A stretch of DNA of 57,965 bases, counting the filler, from Diploschistes diacapsis (taxonomy: Eukaryota), in assembly GCA_023645945.1 (NCBI GenBank). It is 6 parts of 6 records of this genome, joined end to end, with 100 filler letters (N's around TTAATTAATTAA, not from the genome) between each part and the next. Parts side by side here need not be neighbours in the genome. Positions count along the whole stretch, not along the records: positions 48,407 to 57,965 come from JALAIB010001023.1; 5 more parts are not named here. One strand, given 5' to 3'. The stretch's first letter is position 1. The number at the start of each line of letters is the position of its first letter. The translations under genes and the position numbers were made by a program. Below, one piece after another: positions 48,307 through 57,965 of this stretch. The notes under the pieces are model-generated. The model was not told the origin of the DNA. It made no database searches and saw only the letters and a program-made list of their open reading frames with translations.

Positions 48307-48406
48307 NNNNNNNNNNNNNNNNNNNNNNNNNNNNNNNNNNNNNNNNNNNNTTAATTAATTAANNNNNNNNNNNNNNNNNNNNNNNNNNNNNNNNNNNNNN
48401 NNNNNN
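48307..48406. other. Artificial contig spacer
   Basis: N44-TTAATTAATTAA-N44. Confidence 0.98.
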
Positions 48407-49174
48407 AAACTCACCTTTCTGCGGCTTATCATTCGTCAACACAAAGCCCCCGTCGCCCGTGGCAGCCACTCTGTTCGGCGTGTAAATCGCCTCGTCCGCG
48501 ACAGTTCTGACGTGCTTCATCTCCGTTGCCTCCTTTCCTCGAATCACGTCGAAAATTTCCACCGTCGAGTTGGCGCCGAACTCTTTGCCCGGGAGCGGAA
48601 GACTTTCATTCACGGGCGGCCGGTGGTTGACCACGTAGAAGCGCAACGTCTCGTCGTCCAGGATCTCCACGTCAAAGCCGTGCAGGTCGATGTCTTTGCC
48701 TCCAAAGGCGCCCTTGTAGCCGGATAGCTCGAGGTCGCGCATGCCGAAAAGCCCGTCGGCTCCGGGGTTGTCAATGTCCAGCACGACCATGTGGTCGGCT
48801 TGGCTGCGGCCGCGCTCGTTGAGCAAGGTCATGCTGGGGAAAAGAATCAGCTAAATTACAGCCAAGTAAGTATCTGGCCCGGCAAGCTCTTAGATGGGCC
48901 TTTCAAGAACAGACCTGGGCGTCCAATGTACCCTCCCTAGCACGGGAGCGCAGGCCGCATACAGCAAGCGCAGCTCATTGTCCAGCCACATATCCTCACA
49001 TCCTTCCAGCTTCGGATGGCGGATCCGGCGGCAGTCGTAAGGGAAGTCTGTGACGTTTTGTATTGTGCGTCTCACGCCCATCGAAGTAAAGATGATGTCT
49101 TTGAAGAGAAATTGGTAGCCTATCCCACAAACTACGGCGAAGGCACCGATGAAGGTGGCTATGAATGAAGGCAT
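48407..49174 (-). CDS. Paraoxonase/arylesterase-like beta-propeller protein, 3'-truncated
   Basis: N-terminal signal anchor, CRRI.HPKLEGCEDMW, LYAAC, LHGFD, VVNHRPP, NSTVEIF, TPNRVA, FVLTND. Intron at about 48835-48914. Confidence 0.88.
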
Positions 49175-49370
49175 GGTAATGAGAAAGATTCAAGCAGCTG
49201 GATGAGCTGTTTCCTACCTGGTAGAAGCAATATAAGCAACGAATTTACTGAAAAAGTTGTTCTGGCATTATATAACAGACAACTAACAGCTTACGCTTTA
49301 TCCCCTCGGCAGCTGGTGCAACCTAACCGGCATAGCGGTTATTCCGGAGAAGCCGAAGGGGGGCCCCATC

Positions 49371-49429
49371 CCGTATAAGGAAAATCCGTATAAGGAAAAT
49401 CTCCGGTCGATGTGCTGCCGATGTGCTGC
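49371..49429. repeat. Two adjacent short tandem duplications (2 x 15 bp and 2 x 11 bp) upstream of the paraoxonase-like gene
   Basis: CCGTATAAGGAAAAT twice (49371-49400) and CGATGTGCTGC twice (49408-49429). Confidence 0.85.
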
Positions 49430-49959
49430 CGGGATATTTATTCGCAATTCATGTTCTGCAAACACGCGTCTGTGATTACATGTGATTGTAGCAAAGCTCT
49501 TCAAGTACGGAGCATCAGAGGATGGCTGCGAACCTTCGCTTTTGTGAACCATTGGCGACTGAACCTCTCCAGATAGTAGAAAAGGGGGGGTTGGGGGGGG
49601 GTTGCTTCGAAGGAGGAAACGAGACATTCTTATAGCAACTTTAGCTTCTGTAGAGCACTTTGTGATAAGTTGTGATAGCGTCTTCCCACTAAACTTGTAA
49701 TACTTCATGAGCTCTCCCCCCCTGCACAGACTCGCCCACGCCAAAAAGGTGGAGAAGGATGAATCTCCATATTTAGTATTCAGTCAGCATGTTTAGAAGT
49801 TAGATGAACAGATAGGTATTCGATGATCAACCGTGAGAGTTGGCCGTACGTCCCAACGCGTGTATGCTCATTCCATCCCCGTATTCCGTTCCCTTGTCGG
49901 CCACAGGCCCATACCTGTGCCGCCGCTGTACTGTCCTGCTCTTGCCATTTCCGCTACTT

Positions 49960-50013
49960 TCCGATTTCGATTCCGATTCCGATTCCCGTCCCGATACTGA
50001 TTCTGATCCCGAT
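49960..50013. repeat. Imperfect (TCCGAT)n hexamer repeat downstream of hapB
   Basis: tccgatttcgattccgattccgattcccgtcccgatactgattctgatcccgat. Confidence 0.75.
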
Positions 50014-50214
50014 CTTCCGCTGGTAATTTTGTCCGACGGTGGGGAATAAAATTTCTCGCTTGCCAAAGTAGAGCAACAGACAAACAAAAGACAAAACGAT
50101 AAACAGCAGCCGGTTGTATACATAGTTCCCTTCCATCATCCATCCCAGTTTCTCATCCGGCCTTGCAGCCTCCACCCAGAATTCTACCTCTTCCTCAAGA
50201 TGCCTGTTGGCGAC

Positions 50215-51333
50215 TCATTCGTCTTCCTCCTCGTCGTCTTCGTCGCCGCCCGTATCCGCACTATCGATCCTTCGCTTCTTATTCGCAGACTCGCCGCCAA
50301 CGCCCATGCTCTTTCTCTTCTTATTCGACTCTTTCCCGTTCGTCTTCTTGGCGCCACCCTCCCCCTCGTTCTCTTTGTCTTCCCCGTTGCCGCCTGGCAA
50401 CTCCCCCTTCTTCTCCATGTCCGCCACCTCATCCGCCGTTAAGAACCTACCCCCGGGTCCCCTCGGCCTGCGCATCGCGTGTTTATGTCTGCTCTCGTGG
50501 AGGTATGGTTTCCTCCCCTTGCTCGTGAGCCTTAGAGCTTCCTCGAGTTTCTGTCTCGCGACGCGTCGCTTGAGGATGCGGTGAAATTGCTTTGCGTTAA
50601 CGTACAGGGGGCTCTCTTCCGCGGCACCCGGGGCGGCAGTCCCTGGATCCGGCGACGCGTGTTGCGGCGGACCCTGCTGCGGGGGCATCTGCTGCGGGGG
50701 CGGGGGTGGCATGGACGTTGGTGGTACGGAATTCCGAGGGGGGCCTTGACCCGGGTGACCTGGATGATGGTTCATCATGGCGGCCTGTGGGCCGCCGGCC
50801 GCCAAGGACGCGCTGTTGATATGTGGGCTGCCGCCGATGTGGGCGGACATGCGGCGCTGAGGGGCAGGAGGCATCTGTGAGGGATGCGACTGTTGGACCT
50901 GCGATGGCAGGGGTGGCATCTGCTGTGAAACTTGCTGCTGTGCGCCCGGCGGTGTCCGCACGCGCCGCTCGGGTTTGACGTTGACGTTCGCGTTGACGTG
51001 AGGGGATGAATGCGCCATGTTGGATGTTGGGCCCATTGAGTAGTGGTATGCGCCACCTGCCGCTGCCGCCGTCGCCATCGCGGCGGGACTCATATACTGC
51101 TGAGTCATGTTCTGTGGCATCCCGTAAGCGGGGTTGTAGACTTGCTGGTGTGGCGGGCCGTTGGGCTGGCCCTGGTACTGAGAGTTTTGCGAAGGTAGGA
51201 TGGGCGACGCTTGATGCGACTGTTGTTGGATGTGCGAGGCGTGGTGATTCTGCGGCGAGGGCATCGGAGGTGCGACGGGATTTGGAGGACCTTGGTAATG
51301 GCTACCCTGAGGGTACTGCGCGTAGTCCATCAT
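50215..51333 (-). CDS. hapB: CCAAT-binding complex subunit HapB / Hap2 (NF-YA)
   Basis: NF-YA core EESPLYVNAKQFHRILKRRVARQKLEE...RKPYLHESRHKHAMRRPRGPGGRFLT, Q/P-rich N-terminus starting MMDYAQY, basic NLS-like C-terminal clusters. Confidence 0.97.
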   Translation of the reverse strand: MMDYAQYPQGSHYQGPPNPVAPPMPSPQNHHASHIQQQSHQASPILPSQNSQYQGQPNGPPHQQVYNPAYGMPQNMTQQYMSPAAMATAAAAGGAYHYSMGPTSNMAHSSPHVNANVNVKPERRVRTPPGAQQQVSQQMPPLPSQVQQSHPSQMPPAPQRRMSAHIGGSPHINSASLAAGGPQAAMMNHHPGHPGQGPPRNSVPPTSMPPPPPQQMPPQQGPPQHASPDPGTAAPGAAEESPLYVNAKQFHRILKRRVARQKLEEALRLTSKGRKPYLHESRHKHAMRRPRGPGGRFLTADEVADMEKKGELPGGNGEDKENEGEGGAKKTNGKESNKKRKSMGVGGESANKKRRIDSADTGGDEDDEEEDE

Positions 51334-53119
51334 CAGTGCAACTTCTTCGTGCAAGGACGTGTTTGCAAGCAGCAGCGGCAATGACAGCACAACAAAGCCC
51401 CCAGTCGTCTCTTTTCTGGGTTGCGCCCGGTTGGCGAAGAACTTCGGACTCGGCTGCGGTCCGTGCTTATCACAATTGGTGATGGAATCGCGGAAGGTTG
51501 GTGATGACAGCGTCTATTGGTGCTAGAATCGCCCAGTAGCAATGCCCAGACGGTGGTGGCAGGGGTTGTAATGTGTGGGATTGGTCGAGGCAATCGCACG
51601 ATTCTCCTAGGCCCGCAACGAGGCACAGTTGGTGTTGGGAGATATTATCGTTCTGGATCTCTCTTCCCTCGATACCTCGCTCGGTATGGCACTGCGTATC
51701 AGACGTCGAAAGCGCTCTCAAAGCATTCGGGGCAAGATACTGGAGGTGAAGGATAACCTGCTGCTTTTGTCATGATCAGCCCTCGACTCACCAAGTCCCG
51801 TGCGCACAGCGATGGATCGGGCTCCATTGCAGCAAAATCAGCGTCACTCACTATGAGTTGTCAATCGAGCACCGTAGCGACTTAATGTGTCTGAAGAGCC
51901 TCAATGCAGGTTGATCTAGTATGCGGCAGAAGTCAGTCGTTGGGCTGCCAAACCGGGGCTACCAGTGACCATACCTCGATAACTAGTCAATGAGGCTTTG
52001 TTGTGCGTCAAATGGTATGTTAGGATTTTTGCTAAAGGTATCTGATCTCGAACGCGACAAGTGGGCAGGTATGCGCAAAAAGTCGGTGTTTAACCAAAAA
52101 TGGCTGTTCGCGATTCGCTGAATGGGGTGTAACCTGCGGCGGACGGCTTGTGGTTAGTGAGGTACGGGAGTCTCGTGTGGGATTGTGCGGTGAGGCGGTG
52201 ATTGGGTTGATGCGCTGGCATTGCATGGGGATAAGTGTGTGGTATGTGTGCAGAAAAGAGCGTGTGCAGTGGAAGGGAAGAGTCCGTCATGCATACCAGG
52301 GTGGGTTTTTTTTCCTCGGGTTCAAACCCGACTCACGGCTGCCCACACACACACACACACACCCTTTGCTCTGGAAACAAAACTTCCCCGGAAGAATTGG
52401 AAGTTGTCCGAGCAAGTGACAGCAAGTGACGTCTGCCTGCAAGACAAGATAGGGAGTGATAAATAATTGTTCCGTGCGCGTGTGCTTCCGTCTCGGGTTC
52501 TGTTTTGATGATGTCTCGGCGGTTTGGGAATAATAAGAATGAGGATAAATGATATACCGCGTCCGGTCCCAACAGGGGCAAATAAGTAATAGCGGATTTT
52601 GGCTATGACGCTTCCAGCTATTATGTAAGGTTATTATTGTTGTTGTCTTTGCCAAGACCTCTCTTTTTCTTCCTTCTCTCCTCTCTTCCCTCTTCTCTCT
52701 TCTCTCTTCAACTCTGCCAAATGCTAGGGTGGAAGAAACTGGGGCTGCTCAGATATGCACAAGTAAACTTTCTATATTCTTCGCCTTCTTTGGATCTATC
52801 ACTGTCTGTCTGTCGTGTCAGTTCAGTCGGTGTCTGAGATTTGGGGACGATGATAGCGAGGCTTCAGTGCATGCAAGAAGCAGCCTTCACGTATCCCGAC
52901 TTGTCGGGACTGTACAACGCCGACTAACCTTTTGGAACACAAAATGGCAGCGAATTTGAGTGGACGGTTCGGAAGCTGTCGACTCTGTAGTCTCAACGCG
53001 GGCTTGGTACCAGAATCGGTCAGGTGACCAGAGTATGGAGTGCTCCTGGGGAGGTCGCTCGGTCGGGGCTCAGTGGATAGAGGACTCAATGGGCTGTTTG
53101 GATGTACCCCGGGTGGTAA

Positions 53120-53185
53120 CAAGGTCAAGGTCAAGGTCAGGCAGGGTCACGGTTAAGGTCAAGGTAGGTCAAGGTCAAGGTCAAG
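53120..53185. repeat. Imperfect (CAAGGT)n hexamer array upstream of hapB
   Basis: caaggtcaaggtcaaggtcaggcagggtcacggttaaggtcaaggtaggtcaaggtcaaggtcaag. Confidence 0.85.
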
Positions 53186-54880
53186 CATTGGTGAGATATG
53201 ATTGGGGAAGACAAAGGTGCAAAAGTGAGGACAGAGAGAGGATTGGAAGAGAGAGCGAACCAGTGAGAGAGCTGGAGAGAAAAGAGAAGGAAGGGGTGGC
53301 GGCTTTGTATGGGAAACCGGTGGTAATGCCGCCAACTAGTAAACTTTTTCTTCCTCACTCACTCACTACGCACTACTAACTTCTAACTTTTTAAATTCTA
53401 AACTCCCGCTTAGCGTACTTGTAAGAACTAAAAACCACGATCCACGCCTCTCCACTCTCCACGAGCCGTCCGAGAAAAGAAAAGCGTGGCCTTGCGCCCT
53501 GTGTACTCTGTACAACAACTACAGTACTAACTCACCTGCGCGCACTTGTTGACTTCGCTCACTGGCCTCTTCTAACCAGATCTGGCCTTTTTGTCGGTGC
53601 GTAAAGTGTTTGCCCTCTTTTTGACTTAACTAGAAAGCCGCAGGTTTGACGCGCTTGGAAAATATGTCGACTATCCAGGCTGTCGGTGAATAGAGAACTA
53701 CTCGTCACTCAGGCTTCTGAGGCTAGAAGATTATTGTGGTGACGGGCCAGCAGGGTGGGCTGCCGATCTTGGGTGCCCTGAAGTGACGCCTCCTCTGCCT
53801 GGTCTGGGTTGCCGTATTAAAATGCGGTGAGGGCGTCGCGTTGGAATATCGGAGGATCTTGTACCTATTTAGCAGCTGGCTATGGTTTGTGCCTGCCTTT
53901 CGAAGTCATCGAGTTCCTGTTCCTGATTTTGCTGTGTCGTTTAACGCAACTTTGACATGGACTGGATAACGGCCGAGGTGCTACAAGCTCACAGTAAACG
54001 CTTTGGAAGGTGACGGTTTGCAGGTCGTCCTGGGTCTATCTTGGTTCCGGACCAGATGTGCTCTGTTACTTCAGAGTTACGTACCGTTCGTTGTTTGAGG
54101 GGCCTCCTTTCAGCTGCAGCCCGGATAAATTGCTTGTAATACTGGCTTCGCATCGCCTGTAGCCTGCGAGGGGTGTATGTCACAGCAACGGCTAAGGCAT
54201 GATTACTAGATGCAATAGGAAGCTGGATCCTCGAGAAAGCGCTGTGCAAGGGAACTGTCTCTGCCGCAAAGAGAGGACATTTTGACGCACACAGGCAGGG
54301 CAGCCACGGCGACAATCCCCTGCCGTCTCCAGCAAGATTCCCACCTCTGTCTGCCGACTGCAGCAGTTGGATGCAGTAACATGGGGGGGGCCACGGCTGC
54401 TTCTCACGGCTGCTTCTCTTGCCCCCTTTCGATGAGCCCCCCTTTGACAATCTCATCTCCGATATCACACCCAAGCATCTGGACATGATCAAGTATGGTG
54501 CTCTACGATCATCAAGAAGGTTACTACTATAGTATACGAAATATTGTGTGCATGTCTTTCGGAGTGCATAACGCACCGAGAAATTGAGAAATTGATAATT
54601 TGATATTTAATAATAATGTGATGGGCGGGGGAGCGAATCAAAGGCACGGGATTAGCACAAAGACACAGCGGGGGCAACCTGTCACAGAAGCCGTCACGCC
54701 CTGCAATTTCCGGGCGAATCGCTTGGCCGCAACAAGCCAATTAATTTCAATTAAACTATATTGATTGGCTGCAGCGTGGAATCAATTTCATTTCTAATCA
54801 ATCAATTGTTCGCCCGAGATCCGGGAAGTGGAGTTGAGGTCCGCATTCGGTCAAAAACCTCTAGTTCTAGAGGTAGAATC

Positions 54881-54938
54881 ATCTCATCATCCCATCATCC
54901 CATCATTCCATCATCCCATCATCCCATCATCCCATCCC
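54881..54938. repeat. Imperfect (ATCCCATC)n octamer minisatellite, about 7 units
   Basis: atctcatcatcccatcatcccatcattccatcatcccatcatcccatcatcccatccc. Confidence 0.85.
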
Positions 54939-57900
54939 GTTGCCATCTATCTATCGGAAGTCAACTTCCGCCTGCCACCCCCAGCTTTATCCCTAGTAGA
55001 AAACCCAAATCCCACCATTGCTGCCCAAAAACCCAAAATATGGGTCTGCCTTTCCCCCTCCCCCTCCCCATGCCCACCTATTTTATTTGTTCTCCAATAA
55101 CTTACTCAAGCCATGCTTGGTAATCCTTCATCAGCGGCAGAGTAGCCGCTGCTGTACGAACTGCCTGAAGAAGCCTTGCATTTCCCCTTACCCCACCAAG
55201 AATGCATCCTCCTTTTTCTGAGTTACGTGTAACTCGGCAGTTGTAGTGGATGCCATTAACACTTGCCTCGGTCTCTCTTGTCTGCTTCCCGAGTCACACA
55301 GGCGTTTGCCGTACGAGGTAGGTGTCATGTTGATACTATCAGCAGCTCAGCCTCGCCATGCAGTGCTGCGCTTCCCAAAGGGGAAACTATGGTGGACCTC
55401 TTGAAGATTATCGCCAGCAACCTTGAAATTGATGTGAAGATCCTGCTTGCCGACATTGATTGACTCAAGAAAGTAGACATGGGTGTCTCCTTTTAGTCCT
55501 TCCTGGTTCGCCAACAACATCATGTCAACATTTCGTTTATCGTTCCATGCGACCTTCTAGAAGGCGTGTTGCTTTTGGCTAGATCGTGGTATTGGAGCTT
55601 GCGTGTTCTCGGTGCAGGTAAGTTGGAAAGTATATCGTCTCAAATTTTGGCTCTCCCTTCGAAAAAGGACAAAAGGACGCTTGCAAGTAAATTCGTACGG
55701 AATTTGCCGCTGCTATGTGCACAGTCACGCTCACTGCGTGATCTACCTATGGGCTCTCACGCCAGGAACAAGCCGACAAGCCAAGCCCCGTGAAGCTATG
55801 AGCAAGGATGCGGAACACGCAGACACGGGCACGTATCCTTGCCAATGGTTATGTCATACAAAGATTGCAGATAGAACATCTTTATGGCGGAGAAACAACA
55901 CCTCGATGACACAAACACTATGCTTTAGCCCGCTGAAAGTGCGTTTGATGTACGCCCCGGTCCATGGAGTCGGGTCTGTTCAAGCTCCAAGTCAACTAGC
56001 TTCCGAGGGCGTATATATGGCAATCACAGTTTCGCTATCGAATATGCAGGTTCTGTTGCACATGGCTGATACCAGACGCACATTCCAGAGAAGGTATGCA
56101 TGAAATCTCCGTCTCCTCAGACGCTGCTTGTAGTAATCCAATACATGGCTGATATCGACTTCTAGGCCATTCAACGACACCCATGTGTCGACCTTTCCAT
56201 ATCTTTCGAACTGGAGCACTCACTCTGAAGTCAATCGAAAAAGCTGGCGTCAATTTGCACGACTGCGAGACATTGTTTCGCTTCTCGCTGCAAGCAAAGC
56301 CCGAGCAAAATCAAAAGTTCCTACACACGTGATGAATTGGCCTGGCACCATATTGACAACTTCTCATGCAATCAAGCGCGCCCTGCAGTCAGCCCTCGCA
56401 CAATACCCCAGAAAAGTTCCGAAAAGCAGGATGAAGTATCCTGATGCAGTATTCCTCCGTCGAGGCACATGTCGCTAAGCCTGCCGCATGGGTGCATCGC
56501 ATGCTTTGATGATGCTTACAAACCTCTTTCTAGTTAACTTGGATATCTTTTTGCCGTCCATCTGTCTCGGATTCGCATGTCTTGTGTTTCCTCTGAGTTT
56601 TCTCCAATGTCCGTGGTCCCCGACCATTGCTTCGCATACAGAAGGACTCCAATCCAAGCGGTCGCCGAACAGGGCACGCCCTTGCCCGTGCATGCGTCAA
56701 TGTTTGCCGTCGGTAGCCAGTCAATTGAGGCGTTGAAAGCGGATATTTTTGGCCAACGGTGGAGCCTTATTATGGTTCTGTGCGCCCTTGAAACCGCAAG
56801 CCATTTGCGAAAATTACGAGCTCATGAGATAAGAGCTTTCAAAATTTGAAATTCAACTTAAGAAGGCGAGGTGGCTGAAAATTGATTGCACAGATCTGAA
56901 CATCATCCAGACCTCAATACGTATAATCGGTGTTGCCTCACAACAAAAGGATGCAGAGGAGCGCCAATAAGTGACTATAGAAACTCGCCGTGTGAATCTA
57001 GAGAGACTCAAGGACCTCTCCATGAACTCCGCGACCAGCAACAGGATCTGCTCCAAAATCAATGATATCACAAAATCACCTTGAAGACTCCTCGTCTCGA
57101 CCGCCACGAGGGCTTGCTGAGGCATACAAGGGGCGCATTATATCTGCCGCAGCGAGGGAGAGATCGAATCGATTCTGTCGGTGCAAGGCCAGAACAACAT
57201 GTTTCACGCGCAAGCAGCCTTCGGAAAGTTTGGAGGGGGACGAACATGTGTTTTCTACAGCACCAACCAGCAAGCACACACCAAGTCTACTTTCAAGCAT
57301 GGAACAGGCGACGTGCAGCCTCTCCACTTTGAAACGAAGCCCTGACTTATTTCCGGGTTGGAAATAAAACGGGAGAATAGTCTATCCAGACAACGCCTGC
57401 CCCCCTTTTTAGGGCCTTCCCTCAAGCTTACCGCCAGAGAAGATCAGACATTGGCAACTCTCTCTCTCTCTCTCTCAACTTATGCTAGCCTGAACACTAC
57501 CTCTGCCGTTATCATGCTGTCCATCTCGCAAAGTTCCCCCTCATAACCCAAACTTTTTCTTCAATCTTTCCACCTGCGATTCATCCAACCCCCCTTGTTT
57601 AACCACCCGCAAAGGAAACAACACGGGAATGGATTATGAGAACGGCTGCAACGGCACGATTAGGAGCAGAAACAAGCCAGCGCGGTTCACTATCGATGGC
57701 TCTCTCTGAACATGTATGCAGGCGCCCAGCGCGTCTCACGCCTCTCTCTCCTTCTCTTCCATCAAACCCCTGAAGCTGGCGATAAGTGAGAGCGACGGGA
57801 ATGGGAGCACCGAGTGTTGTAAAAGCGGTAACAAATGGCGTATGAGGCGCGCGATGAGCACGGGGAGAGACGGAGGAGGCATACGGGTTCCGTCCATCTC

Positions 57901-57965
57901 GTCTGATTGCCGGTGTGTATGAATCATTTGAACTGGGGCTTTCTACCATTCGCCGTGTATCAAGC

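Noticed and set aside
9642..48362. Regularly spaced identical TTAATTAATTAA palindromes as a biological repeat or CRISPR-like array
   Set aside because: Each sits between exactly 44 Ns on both sides; it is a synthetic six-frame-stop linker.

Overview
Eukaryotic DNA from a filamentous ascomycete (Pezizomycotina): short GT-AG introns with CTRAC branch points and typical fungal orthologues. The window is not one locus. It is six contigs (9597, 9588, 9583, 9571, 9567 and 9559 bp, sorted by decreasing length) joined by artificial 100-bp N44-TTAATTAATTAA-N44 spacers, so neighbourhoods across the spacers carry no meaning. Recognisable genes: histidine acid phosphatase, a divergent HSPA12-type Hsp70-like ATPase, GAPDH, a Zn2Cys6 transcription factor, NOP58, EXO5, a GH76 mannanase, an ExoIII/EEP nuclease, GPI3/SPT14, ARP4, GUP1, DHR2, riboflavin kinase, a paraoxonase-like protein and HapB/HAP2, plus several hypothetical genes. 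The best candidate for an undescribed system is a head-to-head pair in contig 1: the Hsp70-like gene and an unannotated gene whose C-terminus resembles a GrpE head domain. Other leads are a NuSAP-like motif protein with forkhead sites in its promoter, a CCA-ending tRNA 3' relic, and a phosphatase lacking its HD motif. All family calls come from reading motifs by eye; no searches were run.
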